Below, piece after piece: positions 26,308 to 46,029 of a stretch of DNA of 64,000 nucleotides. A model generated the notes under the pieces. That model searched no databases and was not told where the DNA came from. It was given only the letters and a program-made list of their open reading frames with translations. The stretch's first letter is position 1; each line of letters opens with the position of its first letter. The translations under genes and the position numbers were made by a program. The DNA comes from Eledone cirrhosa (Eukaryota): contig OZ024760.1 in the NCBI GenBank assembly GCA_964016885.1, positions 12,896,001-12,960,000 on the forward strand, read 5' to 3'.

Positions 26308-26575
26308 CAAATGAATGAATGAAAGAGTTACAATCCGTTAAACCAAATTCCTTAAATAGCTATAGAAAGAACTTCTTATAACGACTTGTAACTCCTTCAT
26401 TTATTTGCTTATTCCTGCTCTGCTTGAACTATACCCTAAATATTAACTTCCTCTAATATTTAACTCTGCTAACCCAGGCATTGAGCACACTACACTTCGG
26501 CTATTGGTATTTAGTAATCTGTATCTCACCTCTCTCTACCTCTCTGCTTCCTCCTCTCCTACGATACTTATACCC
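26305..26575. mobile_element. Unclassified element with short inverted 5' segment (Penelope-like layout)
   Basis: AAGCAAATGAATGAA..GAGTTACAATCCGTTA mirrored by TAACGACTTGTAACTCCTTCATTTATTTGCTT; begins at (TA)n. Confidence 0.35.
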
Positions 26576-26577
26576 TT

Positions 26578-26709
26578 TGACGCATAGAGTTACGGCCCTT
26601 GCCATTCTGAGTTCAAATACAGCCAAGGTTAACTTTGCCTTTCATCCTTACGGGGTCGATAAAATAAAGTACCAGTAATGCTGGCCTTGTGCCAAAAGTA
26701 GAAACAGTT
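26578..26709 (+). mobile_element. SINE S1, 5'-truncated
   Basis: B-box, centre and tail match family. Confidence 0.85.
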
Positions 26710-31050
<4,341 letters not shown>

Positions 31051-32367
31051 GAGAGACAAAAATAAATAAGTTTCAGTGAGATTGAAAGAGAAGATGATAA
31101 AATGTTCTAGATCTTTCGTTGTCCAATATGTTATCAAGTCTTAGAATCTACACGTGATTTCCTGTTGCCCAAGCTAATCTCCGTTTTCACAAGTAAAACA
31201 CCACACTCACATAGACACACATAGGCACGCACACACACAGAGCATACACACAGACATAGACATACACACACACACCTATGCAGAAACACATGTAAAGACA
31301 TGCAAATAGATAGATAGATAGAGATACTCACATATATATATATAGATAGATAGATAGATACATAGATCGATGTATAGGTAGATAGATAGATATAGATAAA
31401 TAGACTTGATAGATAGATAGATTAATAGAGACAGGTATATATATATATATAATTAGATAGACAGACAGACAAACAGATAGATAGATAGATAGAAAGACAG
31501 ACATATAGATAGATAGGTAGATATGTATACGTGTCGTCTGCGTTTTGATGTATGGAGGAATCTATCTTCCTATACATAACGAAACAGTATTGGCATGACA
31601 GGCAATATAACATGGCAATAATTGTGTAGATATTTAACCTGTTAGTGACTCAAGTTCAACATTTTAATGAAGTTTTAGAAGAGACAACCTCTTACATCTA
31701 AAGATTGTCGATCTCATAATTTCGAAATTAGACTAATGTAATCTTTGAAAATACGAAAATCAGAAGGACGTTTTATTGAAGTGAATGCAATATACTTAAA
31801 TTTCTCGTAATTAGGAATGTGAAGTGAAGTAGTCGATTTTTTCCCCCCTAACTAACTCCGGATTCTTAATCAAAAATCTACTTAGTTAAGACATCAACAA
31901 GAAAATCTGATTTCATCGGTGTTTCTAACAGTCGGAAAAGGTTATATACACAGTTTGGAACATTAACAAGATATCAATTCCTCTAAGAACACGAATTAGC
32001 AGGTCGTTAAAGCCTAAAACTAAATTCAATGCGGAATTCTTTCCGGTTCTCTGCGTAATAAGTTTTGAAAGTATCTTAGAGACGAAATTTAGTCAACCTT
32101 AAGTAAAGTGATTGTTTTCTTGTTTACATTTCCTAGATAACGATAGATAAGGCTTAACAATGACGCATTAGTTGTCTGTCACACTTTGGTGTAATAGTAA
32201 AGGTTTAAAAACCTCCCCTCCCCATCTCACGAATGACAATGAGATTTGCACCTAGAAACTTCCCCTCCGTGGCACAGGCCTGGGTATGTTTGTTTATGGA
32301 AGATCAGATCAGCAGTGACCCATGTACAGGAGTCTCGAATTTGCTCAACGATTGTTGTAGACATATC

Positions 32368-32463
32368 TATAGGAAAAGAGCTCCAGCCGAACATATATAT
32401 ATGTTCGGATCTAGCTGTCGAAACGGCTGGAGCTCTGCCGTCGGGGTCCTTACTTGTTTCCTA
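32368..32463 (+). mobile_element. Family B fragment
   Basis: TAGCTGTCGAAACGGCTGGAGCTCTGCCGTCGGGGTCCTTACTTGTTTCCTAT preceded by short inverted piece TATAGGAAAAGAGCTCCAGCCG. Confidence 0.55.
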
Positions 32464-32542
32464 TATATACATATATATATATAATATTATATCCATTTAT
32501 GTTCAAACATATAGATACACGTGTATAGATGTATATATCTAT

Positions 32543-32606
<64 letters not shown>

Positions 32607-32649
32607 CATGTGTGTGTGTATATATACACATGTGCACACCCACATATCC

Positions 32650-32684
<35 letters not shown>

Positions 32685-32722
32685 ATATATTATATATATA
32701 TATTATATATATATATATATAT

Positions 32723-32754
<32 letters not shown>

Positions 32755-33718
32755 ATTATATATATATGGATATGTGTATATATAGACACACACATACACA
32801 AGGATATATATGTGTGTGTGTGTGTGTGTGTGTAACGAGGAGAGCTACAGAAGGAGAGGGGAAAAGCTAAGGTATATTTTCATTAAAGAATGAACTTCCA
32901 GAATTCTGAACCCAGGTTTTGAGATAAGGAGAATATTTTCTACACTATTGAGGAACGAAACGAGCCATACATTTACCCAAACAAAAAGCATCAATAGATT
33001 TAATTTAACCTATTATAAACTATAAACTCTAAACTAATATTGAATTTACAAAACAAAATAATCTATCTATATGGTGTTTATTGTTCTAACGAACAATCGC
33101 ATCCTCGTTTTAAATTCCCTTATTTTCATTAAGTCGTTTATTGGACAAAACCCCAAGATGCTGACACAGCGAATCAATATTTTCACTGAGAACTTAGCTT
33201 TTCTTTGTCACTAACATTACCTGGAGTAATTTGTGCATAAAACTACCATTTCATTAAAAGTCTAACGTTGTATGCATTTTATATTTAAAACGGAGAAGAA
33301 AAAAAAGGAAATTATTCTGACAATAATTTTCAATAAGGCTTCAAGTGTAATGGCTATCTACCTCAAGATAAACTCCTCTACTCATTGAAGGGGGGGGGGG
33401 AGGTCTCTTTTCGCTTGTTTGTTTGTTTGTATGTTTGTCTTTTTTCTCATTTTTTTTTTCTTTTGTTAATCAAGAATATTAAATTTAGAAAACTTAATAG
33501 CTTCCAGACGAATTTAGATTCAAAATTACAAAACGTTGAAAATTTCAACAAAAGATTTACACAATGAAGTAAAAGACTCCCCCCACCCCAACCACCCCGC
33601 CACCTAATAGAATCAGTAAAAATGAAGGACAAAGCTTCAGCTATCTTTAGGGCTAAAACCTATTATATATATATACACGTATATACATACGTGTATATAT
33701 ATACATATATATATATAT

Positions 33719-33778
<60 letters not shown>

Positions 33779-33826
33779 ATATGTGTGCATGTATATGTGT
33801 GTATGTATATATATATATATGTGTGC

Positions 33827-33867
<41 letters not shown>

Positions 33868-33889
33868 TAGTCTTCAATTTTATTATTAT

Positions 33890-33933
<44 letters not shown>

Positions 33934-34339
33934 ATATATATGTGTGCATGTATATGTGTGTGCATGTATATATATATATATATATATATATTCAGGAACA
34001 ATGAATTCGAAGAGCAACGAGTTAAGTGAAATGGTTTTACCAGAATTAAAACCGCGTCCCATAACAAAGGCGTCGGAAGAAGCTTTCTCATACTTCCCAT
34101 GATGTGTGTGTGTTTGTGTGTGTAATGTGTATGTGTACGTATTGGATCTCCGTCGCTTCCGACGATGAGTGTTCAGTTGTTTGATAAACGGAACTTTGCT
34201 AGTGAAAAAGAACATGTAAGGTAACATTAAACATTAACGAGAACCTTCCATATAGATACCTTGCGTTGATTAATCTGTGGTTTACCTGTATTTTAGAAAC
34301 AAATAACAGGTTGACTGATGAAATGACAAGTCAGTCAAT

Positions 34340-35522
34340 GTGTTGTGGTGGTGTGTTGTGTGTGTTGTGGTGTGTGTTGTGGTGTGGTGTGGTGTGGTGT
34401 GTGTGGTGTGGTGTGTGGTGTGGTGTGCTGTGGTGGTGTGGTGGTGTGGTGTTGTGTTGTGGTGTTGTGTTGTGTTGTTGTGGTGTGGTGTGGTGTGGTG
34501 TGGTGTGGTGTGGTGTGGTGTGGTGTTGTGGTGGTGTTGTGGTGGTGTGTTGTGGTGGTGTGTTGTAGTGGTGTCTTGTAGTGGTGGTAGTGGTGGTGTG
34601 GTGTTGTGGTGGTGTGGTGGTGGTGTGGTGGTGTGTTGTGGTGGTGTTGTGGTGGTGTGTTTGTGGTAGTGTGTTGTAGTGGTGGTGTGTTGGTGGTGGT
34701 AGTGTGTGTGGTGGTGTAGTGGTAGTGTGGTGTAGTGTGGTGGTAATGTGGTGGTGTGGTGGTAGTGTGGTGTGTTGTGGTGTGGTGGTGGTGGTAGTGT
34801 GGTGGTGTGGTGGTGGTGGTAGTATGGTGGTGTGATGGTGGTGTGATGGTGTGTTGTGGTGGTGTGGTGGTGTGGTAGTGTGGTGGTAGTATGGTGGTGT
34901 GATGGTGTGTTGTGGTGGTGTGGTGGTGTGGTGGTGTGGTGGTGTCTGTGGGGGGGTAGTGTGGTGGTGGTGGTAGTGTGGTAGTGTGGTGGTGTGTTGT
35001 GGTGGTGTGGTGGTGTGGTGGTGTGATGGTGTGTTGTGGGGGGGGGGTAGTGTGGTAGTGTGGTGGTGTGTTGTGGTAGTGTGTTGTAGTGGTGGTAGTG
35101 GTGGTGTGTTGGTGGTGGTGGTAGTGTGGGGGTGTGGGTGGTAGTGTGGTGGTAGTGTGGTGGTGTGGTGGTAGTGTGGTGGTGTGGTGGTAGTGTGGTG
35201 TGTTGTGGTGTGGTGGTGGTGGTAGTGTGGTGATGTGGTGGTGGTGGTAGTATGGTGGTGTGATGGTGGTGTGATGGTGTGTTGTGGTGGTGTGGTGGTG
35301 TGGTAGTGTGGTGGTGTGGTGGGTGGTGGTAGTATGGTGGTGTGATGGTGTGTTGTGGTGGTGTGGTGGTGTGGTGGTGTGGTGGTGTCTGTGGGGGGGT
35401 AGTGTGGTGGTGGTGGTAGTGTGGTGGTGTGTTGTGGTGGTGTGGTGGTGTGGGTGGTGTGATGGTGTGTTGTGGGGTGGTAGTGTGGTGGTGTGTTGTG
35501 GTGGTGTGGTGGGGTGGTGGAG
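34340..35522. repeat. (GTGGT)n/(GGT)n G/T-rich tract
   Basis: Direct inspection. Confidence 0.95.
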
Positions 35523-35628
35523 GATAGGGGTGGTGTGAGAAAAAACAACATATCACTGGCAATTTCTCTCTCTCTCTCTCTATATATATGTGTATATATA
35601 TATGTGTTTATATATATGTATATATATA

Positions 35629-35729
35629 TAGGAACAAGTGTGACCCCGACGGCAGAGCTCAAGCCGTTTCGACGGCTAAAGTACTTTGGTGCGTTATGGT
35701 CCACCTGGTTCTTTACCACATTTCCTTCG

Positions 35730-35731
<2 letters not shown>
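35629..35731. mobile_element. Family B fragment (inverted piece plus 3' end)
   Basis: Same layout as 4535-4641; flanked by (TA)n. Confidence 0.55.
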
Positions 35732-35764
<33 letters not shown>

Positions 35765-36115
35765 GAGAGTGAGAGCGGGAAAGAGATATTATATCATATA
35801 TATATATCATATATATATATATATATATATCATATATATCATATATATATATATATATATGATATATATATATATATATCATATATATATATATATATAT
35901 ATCATATATATATATATATATCATATATATATATCATATATATATATATATCATATATATATATATATATCATATATATATATATCATATATATATATAT
36001 ATCATATATATATATATATCATATATATATATATCATATATATATATATCATATATATATATATATATCATATATATATATATATCATATATATATATAT
36101 ATCATATATATATGT

Positions 36116-36146
<31 letters not shown>

Positions 36147-36680
36147 CATATATATATATATATATCATATATATATATATATATCATATATATAAATATA
36201 TCATATATATATATATATATATCATATATCTATATATATATCATATATATATATATATATATAAATCATATATATATATATATATATATCATATATATAT
36301 ATATCATATATCATATATATTTATATCATATATCATATATATTTATATCATATATATCATATATATATATCATATATATCATATATATATCATATATATA
36401 TATATATATTCATATGTATTCATATATATATATATTAATTATTAGTTATGTAATAAATAACATAAGGCAATTATTTCATTTACCAGTGGTTTCTTGAAAG
36501 CAAACACATTTTGCTTTCAATCATCAGAATGAAAAAATCCTGGTGTATTACATATATATTATATATATTCATATATATATATATTATATATATTCATATA
36601 CATACGAAATACGGATGATTTTATTTCGATATTATATATATATATGTATGTGTGTATGTATGTATGTGCGTGTGTTTGTG

Positions 36681-36714
<34 letters not shown>

Positions 36715-37627
36715 TGTATGTATGTATGTATGTATGTGTATGTATGTATATAAATATTTCCATTGGAGTGGCACATAAATGTTGGCTAAGAGACAACCAT
36801 TTTATTCATTACACAACATCCTGGTATTACGTAAACAGTATTCTTATATGTGTGTATGTATGTGTGTGTATATATTTGCACGAGTGTGTGTATGAGAGTA
36901 TGTATGTGAAGACAACAAATTGTTGTATTCTCTCTGGCTGTCTTTTATCTCTATCAAATCCCACCAAGGTCGATAAAAAAAGTTCGTTCTGTTTTGCTCT
37001 AGTCTTCCTTTTTAGTTTTTCTACACCTCAGTGTCCTTTGTCCACACTTTATTATTCTACACCTCAGTGCCCTTTGTCCACACGTTGGACAACAATCTTT
37101 ATTATTCCCTTCTGTTTTACTATTTGTCTCCTTTCTATATTTTTCTCTTTTGGCTAAGCCTTTGCGCAGTGGGACGTATGGTAACGACATTAATTTTCAC
37201 CGCAATCATTTTGCCCTCCATTTTGAATATATATTTGTGTATGAGCGAGTAATGGTGTGTATACAAACACTCCACCCATTGATAATTAGATAAATATTTT
37301 AGAGTTTCATTCTCTAATTAGAATATAGACATCAACACATACATATATATAATTTTGTATTTAATTATGATACATATTTCCCTATCTATTTATCAATCAA
37401 TATTCATATATCTGTCTACCTATCTTACTATCTAAATACCTATGTATCTATCTGTCTATCTATATCTATTGATCTCTATATCTCTGTCTTTCTATCTACC
37501 TATCTATCGCTCTGCGTATACATACATATATGTATATATATATATATATATACACATATATACATACATGTATACCCACACATACATATATACATACATA
37601 CATATATACATACATGTATACACATAC

Positions 37628-37658
<31 letters not shown>

Positions 37659-37830
37659 AAGGTGTGTGAATGCTTATATGCATGCATATAGATGAAAACA
37701 TACACGTACACAAATACATACATACACACACACACATATAGATACATAAATGAACACACACACACACACATAGATACATAAATGAACACACACATATATA
37801 TATACATACATACATACATACATACATACA

Positions 37831-37863
<33 letters not shown>

Positions 37864-38287
37864 CTAAGTATAATTAATTAATGATTTAATTAATTAAACG
37901 AAATAAAAACAAAAACACAAATCAAACAAACCAACGAACCAAACAAACAAACAAAAGATTTTTGAAAATTTTGCTTAAACGAGTTTCTCTAAAATTCGAA
38001 AAAGCTGAAAATCTCCAATTATTGAGAAACAGCCGGAAGCTAATGAGCATAATGTTCATATTTTCACCGCGGAATCCATTATTGAATAACATCCAATTAT
38101 AAACATTATTAATTGTGTTTATTGTTTCTTAAATTCTTGCTTCTTTATCAAAATATGTCTACTGGCAGGGGGAGGGAGGGGGATTGGAGAGGGTGCTGAG
38201 GATGAGGATGAGGATGAGGATAAAATCAATTTTCCTTAACGCTAATTACACATCAATTCAACTCTCTCTCTTTCTCTCTCTTTCTCT

Positions 38288-38346
<59 letters not shown>

Positions 38347-38610
38347 GAGATAGATAGAGAGATAGATAGAGAGATAGATATAGAGATAGATAGAGAGATA
38401 GATAGAGAGATAGATAGAGAGGTAGACATATCTTTCTCTCCATCACAGAAATACACTCATCCTCTCCTTCTTATTTTAATTAACTACTTATATGCACATA
38501 AACATGCAAATAATACATATATGCATGTATATATGCATGTATGTATGTATATATGTGTATATGTATATGTGTATGTTCATATATATGTATGGATGGGTGT
38601 AATACCTCTC

Positions 38611-38661
<51 letters not shown>

Positions 38662-38719
38662 GTTGTATGTGTGTGCAACAGTATAATAATTTCTAATATA
38701 TACACAGAGCCACCAATTT

Positions 38720-39145
38720 AGGGGAAGGGTTAAGTCGATATAATCGGCTCCAGTATTTCGCTGGTACTGTATTTTATTGATCCCCGAAAAGTGAACGACA
38801 AAGTTGATCACAGCAGGATTTGAGCCATATGACACTGGATTGGTAGTTTAAGTATTGACCAGGAAGAGATGAAAGGCAAAGTTGACCTCAGCTGGATTTG
38901 ACACTGGACAATGACACTGGACTGGCACTTTGTTGACCATGAAAGGATGAGAGGTAAAGTTGACCTCGGTGGGATTTGAGGACAGTGAGTCAGGACTGGT
39001 AGTTTAAATATTGACCACAAAAGGATGAAAAGCAAAGTTGAGCTCAGCGCAATTTGAGCGCTATGAGCCTAGAGTTGTAGTATAATTATTGACCACGAAA
39101 AGCAAAGTTGAGCTCAGCGCAATTTGAGCTCAGATCGTAAAAGTC
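38720..39145 (-). repeat. Degenerate tandem copies (~5-6) of the SINE S1 central domain
   Basis: Recurrent GATGAAAGGCAAAGTTGACCTC..GGATTTGA variants. Confidence 0.75.
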
Positions 39146-39159
39146 CTTAGCTCAATACC

Positions 39160-39460
39160 GGAACAACAACATCAGCAACTCCAACAACTCCAACAACAAC
39201 AACAACAACAACAAAAACAACAATGTCAGCACCAATAACAGTAGAAATTATAACAGCAACAACGATATCAGCAGCCTCAACAACAACAACATCAGCAACA
39301 ATAACAACAACGATATCAGCAGCCTCAGCAACAACAACATCAGCAACAATAACAACAACGATATCAGCAGCCTCAGCAACAACCACATCAGCAACAATAG
39401 CTACAACAACATCAGCAACAACAACAACACCAACAACAATAACAACCACCATACCACCCT
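39160..39460. repeat. (CAA/CAG)n tract with ~51 bp higher-order unit
   Basis: ACAACGATATCAGCAGCCTCA repeated three times. Confidence 0.85.
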
Positions 39461-39581
39461 CAATGAGTAATCTATTTAACTATTTAAAATGCTGAATGTA
39501 TGTTTTATAACAGATGGGGGTAATATTATTATATAGATTCAAATGAAGATAAAACGAAATGTAGGGCTTTTTAATCCCACC

Positions 39582-39639
<58 letters not shown>

Positions 39640-39719
39640 GTATAAGTATAAATTTATTTAAATATATATATATATATATATATATAAGTATATATAAATA
39701 AATAAATTTATAAATATAT

Positions 39720-39775
<56 letters not shown>

Positions 39776-39855
39776 ATAAGTATAAATTTATTTATATAAC
39801 AATATATATATATATATATATAAGTATATATAAATAAATAAATTTATAAATATAT

Positions 39856-39899
<44 letters not shown>

Positions 39900-40371
39900 A
39901 AGTATAAATTTCTTTATATAACAATATATATATATATATATATAAGTATATATAAATAAATAAATTTATAAATATACACAAATATATATATATATATATA
40001 TATATTGTTAGGGTGTTGTGAAAAAAAATCCCCATTTCACTCATCTCCACACATATACCCCCCTACCCCACATTCCCCACCATACCCGACTCCAAATAAA
40101 AACCCAGAAAAGAACTAGTTCAAGGTTACTTAGCTGATACATTGTTCGTTAGAAACGGAAATAGTCACGTTACTAACAACGTCCTCACACCTCATTCAAT
40201 GGGGGGTAAACCCCCCCCCCCACCAACCACCCTCTCTATTACCCCACCTCTCTATCACTCCAGCTCCCTAACACCCCAGCTCCCTATCAACCTCAACTCT
40301 TACACCAATAAGTATGGTATGGTATATTCATTGACGAAAGATAGATATAAATACAGAATAAGTATTAATAC

Positions 40372-40570
40372 CGGGCAGTGGATTAGCAGTAGAATCGGTG
40401 GAGCATCGAACAACATCCTTTCTAGCATGTAGTTACGTCCCTTTAACTTCTGAGTTCAAATCCCGCTGAGGTTAGCTTTGCCTTTCATCCTTTATGGGTC
40501 GATAAAATAAAGTAATGTACTGGATAAAATACCAGTAATGTACTGGGGTTGATTTAATCGACTTTCCTGT
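40372..40570 (+). mobile_element. SINE S1 (diverged, near full length)
   Basis: Head, B-box and centre match family. Confidence 0.8.
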
Positions 40571-41188
40571 CCTGGAGGGTGGAAATCTTGTACCCTCAGT
40601 CGTTTCACGCCACTGAAACCTAGATAAACACCTGTCCAATGAGCCTCACAGCTGGAAACAAACGAAGACAACCAGTTATGTACTGGGGGTTAGGGACATA
40701 TAATCAACGTTTTCTTCTCACACTTAATACATTTGAGATATCAGTATATTTCTCGAGAGTTTCTTTAGTTTTTGTAATGTTTTATTCAAGAGTTCTTGTT
40801 CCATCTCCAAATACCATAAACCTGGAATTTATACAAATGAATCGACATCTTTTGAATAGTTAAGTATATATATATATATATACTCAAGTGTATATATCAT
40901 AGAATTATATACTTGTATAAACACACAGAGAAACATATATATATATATATCTTTCACATATACTCATGTATACATATATATTACACTCGTACGTATCTTC
41001 AAGTATACACAGACTTATTTTACACATATACTTGTATATATACATAGATATTCATGTATATCAAGAATGTATATATATATATCAAATATATATATATATA
41101 TATATATGCATGTATATATATATATATACACACACAAATAGTATATATATATATGCATGTATATATATATATATACACACACAAATAG

Positions 41189-41222
<34 letters not shown>

Positions 41223-41325
41223 AATAGTATATATATGCATGTATATATGTATATATATACACACACAAATAGTATATATATATATATATATGCATGTATA
41301 TATATATATATACACACAAATATAG

Positions 41326-41361
<36 letters not shown>

Positions 41362-41448
41362 AATAGTATATATATGCATGTATATATATATATATATACA
41401 CACACAAATAGTATATATATGCATGTATATATATACACACACAAATAG

Positions 41449-41482
<34 letters not shown>

Positions 41483-41533
41483 AATAGTATATATATGCAT
41501 GTATATATATATATATATATACACACACAAATA

Positions 41534-41578
<45 letters not shown>

Positions 41579-42008
41579 AATAGTGTTATATATATATATA
41601 TAAACACACACACGTATATATTTATTTAGAGAAGTCACGGATTTGTGAGGAGATAAAGTGAGAAATCTTTCAAGAATTTGAAGAAGCGTTGGTGTCAGTA
41701 AAGTGTTAGAAATGTTATTGTGGGATTACGACTGTTGTATCTTCACTGTACACAGAATACTTATTTACTCAACTGATAGATCGGATTACTGGTAGAAGTG
41801 GGATATTCTAGGAAATATATCTAGATGGGATCTCTCTGGGAATATACACTCATACATACTGGTAAATATGGGATATTTCTACTGGGAAATATATCTAGAT
41901 GGGAATTTTTGGTTAACACACATGTGCCTTTGGAATGCTCAGTCATTTGCAGATTGTTCCGTTTAACAACTATTTGGAACACTCGTCATCGTAACCGATG
42001 GAAGCCCA

Positions 42009-42043
<35 letters not shown>

Positions 42044-42193
42044 CACTCACACAAACGTTGAGTATAAATGTCTGGCCAACATGCGTTTATTTTTGTTGGC
42101 TAAGAAATATATTGAAATTTGTTGATTAAAAATGTATATATCTTAATATAATATATATATTATATATATAATATATATATATATATACATAGA

Positions 42194-42235
<42 letters not shown>

Positions 42236-42245
42236 TAATATATAT

Positions 42246-42299
<54 letters not shown>

Positions 42300-42307
42300 A
42301 TATATAT

Positions 42308-42344
<37 letters not shown>

Positions 42345-42392
42345 CATAGATATATGTATATATATATATATATATACATATATAATATATAT

Positions 42393-42423
<31 letters not shown>

Positions 42424-42489
42424 CATAGATATATATATATATACATAGATATATGTATATATATATATATATACATATATAATATATAT

Positions 42490-42520
<31 letters not shown>

Positions 42521-42709
42521 CATAGATATATGTATATATATATATATATACACATATATATATTTATATAACATCTTGAAACGTTTAAACAGTGGCACGC
42601 GATCGCAACAAACGTTTGTCATTATAAAAGTTGATGCGTTGGTATATTATAAACCCAATTGTTATTTTTGCAAGTGTAAGACAGAACTTAATCTTATGGA
42701 GGCATATAA

Positions 42710-42748
<39 letters not shown>

Positions 42749-42755
<7 letters not shown>

Positions 42756-42897
42756 TAACAGATTGAAGTTCAAGCAAAGAATCGCTGCGTTCGCCCTTAA
42801 CGGGATCTTCTGAAACTATTTGCCCTACAGGTTTTTATATATATATATATATTTATCGAGCCCTCTTCGGATTTTAGTCTTCACATTTATTATTACT

Positions 42898-42898
<1 letters not shown>
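42749..42898. mobile_element. Family A element (inverted hammerhead-bearing piece plus 3' tail)
   Basis: Minus strand AGTTTCAGAAGATCCCGTTAAGGGCGAACGCAGCGATTCTTTGCTTGAACT; tail TTATCGAGCCCTCTTCGGATTTTAGTCTTCA; in (TA)n. Confidence 0.7.
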
Positions 42899-42966
<68 letters not shown>

Positions 42967-43059
42967 GAGAGAGAGAGAGAGAGAGAGAGAGAGGCTGTGG
43001 AACTAAGACTGGGGAGACCACTAATTATAGGAGAACTTAATGCATGGGGAGTTAGTTGC

Positions 43060-43335
43060 CCGTAGGTACGAGCCTCAGGCAGAGCATTGGAGATTTTCGG
43101 AGTTCTTGGCCCCCAGACCACATCCCTACTCACTGCTATAGGAGAAGAGTTAGCCGCATTCTGATAAATTTGTGGTAGAGCCTGTAGCTGTGGAGACTTC
43201 CGGCGTTCTTGGCCCTCCGAGCGGAGTTGGTCACCCGCATGTGCGAGAGAGCACCGCGATGTGGCGTCGTTGTTCCAGCGTTACTCCCTCGCCGTCCACC
43301 GAGGCAATGTATTCTCCATCCTGTCGGCTGATACC
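43060..43335 (+). pseudogene. CRE-like LINE 3' (RLE C-terminal) fragment with internal duplication
   Basis: Translations ALEIFGVLGPQTTSLLTAIGEELA, EPVAVETSGVLGP and LFQRYSLAVHRGNVFSIL resemble the PxAVETxG..QRxSxAxxRGN end of CRE-clade ORFs. Confidence 0.65.
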
Positions 43336-44152
43336 CAGAGGTGGAGGGTAAGTTAGTTAGAGGTGGAGGATACTCGTTCGGACGTCATTTTTACACATGT
43401 ATTGTTGCTTCTTCTCTTTATCTATCACTTTAAATTTTTATATCTTTTATCAGCTAAATATGTTTTATTCATAAAAATAAAATAAGAAATCGTAGACCTT
43501 TCTATTTCAAATTACAACAACACTACAGATATTGAAAAACGGAAAATGAAGGGCTCTGGGGTTACAGAAGAATGTGAGGTAGAAGTGGAAGGGTCATGTG
43601 CTGTATGCCTAGGGCGTGGTGATGTTGCTCCGAGGACATAACCCCAAAATCATTTCATATTTGTAATTTTCATTTTATTTTCTCATTTCCCTCATCAACT
43701 CTTTACTCAAAAGTTTAAAATAACTGATTTAAAATATAAAATACTGGTTTGAAGACAAACAAGAGCACTGTTAAATTTCAGTGACATCCGCATAATCTCA
43801 TATCAGTGACCTTAACAGGGGGGAAATTGGGCAGTGACCCCTTCCTCTGTCTAACAAATATACATCGGCCTGAAACGATTTTTTTTCTTTCTCTCTCTTC
43901 GCTCTTTGTGTCTCTCTGTTGTCAAATAATATATACGCACACACATATCTAAATTTATATATATATATATATACATACATATTATACATATATATATATA
44001 CATACATGTTATATATACATATTTATATATATATATTATATATATATACGTACATATTATACATACATATATGTTATATATACATATTTATATTATATAT
44101 ATATACGTACATATTATACATACATATATATGCTATATATACATATTTATAT

Positions 44153-44198
<46 letters not shown>

Positions 44199-44441
44199 GT
44201 AGTACATTCATTGTATCTAGCTAGCCTTAGAAACAAAACCGTGATGAAGTTTGGCAGGTCTAATGGAATGAAGCTAAGATCAAAGGAATGACCTCCTAAA
44301 CCCCATCTGTGACTAGGTTTTATTTTTCATTTCACTCAATATATAACAGTGGCCCTGGAACCAGGATAAAGTAATTATGGTAACAGAAAAAAAATATATT
44401 AAAAAAAGTGAAATATAACATATATACATACACACACACAC

Positions 44442-44485
<44 letters not shown>

Positions 44486-44502
44486 TAATATATATATAGG
44501 TT

Positions 44503-44551
<49 letters not shown>

Positions 44552-44792
44552 GTAGATAGATAGATAGATAGATACATATATATATATATAGGTAGATAGA
44601 TACACTTTAGACCTCACAGTGTCTACCAAACAATGAAAGAGAGAAATTCAATTTTCAGCAATATTATTATATAGAATAATATCTGACAAAATATATCGAA
44701 GTTAAATTAGTTGATGGCATTCAGTCCCCCCCCCTTCTCTCTCTCTCTATAATATATATGTATATATCTTTCTCCCTCTGTATATACGTATG

Positions 44793-44823
<31 letters not shown>

Positions 44824-44923
44824 GTATATATATGTATATGTAAGTAAATGTCATTCTCTTTCATTTTTCAGCTTTCTTCTCTAATCCTTTCTCTCTCTCT
44901 ATATATATATTATATATATATAT

Positions 44924-44955
<32 letters not shown>

Positions 44956-45359
44956 ATATATTATATATATATACATATATATATTATATATATTATATAT
45001 ATATACATATATATATTATATATATATATATATATATACCACACATTCACTCCCCCCCCCCCCCTCAACAGTAATCTACAGCTACAATGCCAGGCGTTGT
45101 TGTTGAATAATACTCGAGAAAGGAAAAAAAGGAAAGAAAGAAAGAAAGAAAGATTGTGGCAAGGTATAGATCTCTGACGTCATTAAATCGAATAATTTTA
45201 TTTTTCTCTCGTAGATCAATAGATCGATAGTTATTAGTGAGTTCTATAGGTAATATCGGAATTTTTTTTAGTTATTGTTATTATAGTTTTTAGTTTTCAT
45301 TTTTTGGGGGGTGGGTGGGGGGGGGGGTTGTTAGATTCGTATAGAAAAATAAATCTGCC

Positions 45360-45762
45360 CCTCACCACCGCCACCACCATCATTACCACTACCACCATCA
45401 CCACCACCACCACCACCACTACCATCATTACCACTACCACCACAAACACCACCACATCCACCAACACAAACAACACTATCATCCCTAGCTTGCACACGCC
45501 ACCACCAACAACACCAACACCAACAACACCAACAACACCAACACCAACAACAACAACATCTCTAACTTGCACACACCACCACTACACACCACCATCAACA
45601 ACAACAACACCAAGAGTATCAACTGTAGCTTTCACACACCACACGCGATCACCACTAATACCACCACCACCACCACTACTACAACTCACCACCACCACCA
45701 ACACCACCAACATCAATAACCACTACCACAACCATCACCACCACCAACAACAACACTATCAA
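45360..45762. repeat. (ACC/AAC)n tract
   Basis: Direct inspection. Confidence 0.9.
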
Positions 45763-46029
45763 CTCTAGTTTACAGTGAGACCATTACATTTTACAAGTCC
45801 AGGGCTGAAACTGATAAATTTATATAGAGAGTGACAGCTTACAAAACATCCTCCAAAGCCGAGAGGTATATTCGTTAGAAAACTCCGATGTGTCACCCGA
45901 TCGAATGTTGATAAAAATAATAAAACAAGACAAAAACCGCCAGAAAAAACAGAAAAGAAACCCATTTAACCCTAGAAAAAAAACCGCACAATGTTTCTAA
46001 CTATTATAATCGTGTATTATGTAGATATA

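Noticed and set aside
31111-31191. [19 protein letters not shown], zinc-finger/RING-like peptide after an AG
   Set aside because: Lacks the remaining His/Cys ligands, splice signals are weak and no partner exons were found
33996-34102. Possible terminal exon [34 protein letters not shown]
   Set aside because: No recognisable homology; acceptor lacks a polypyrimidine tract
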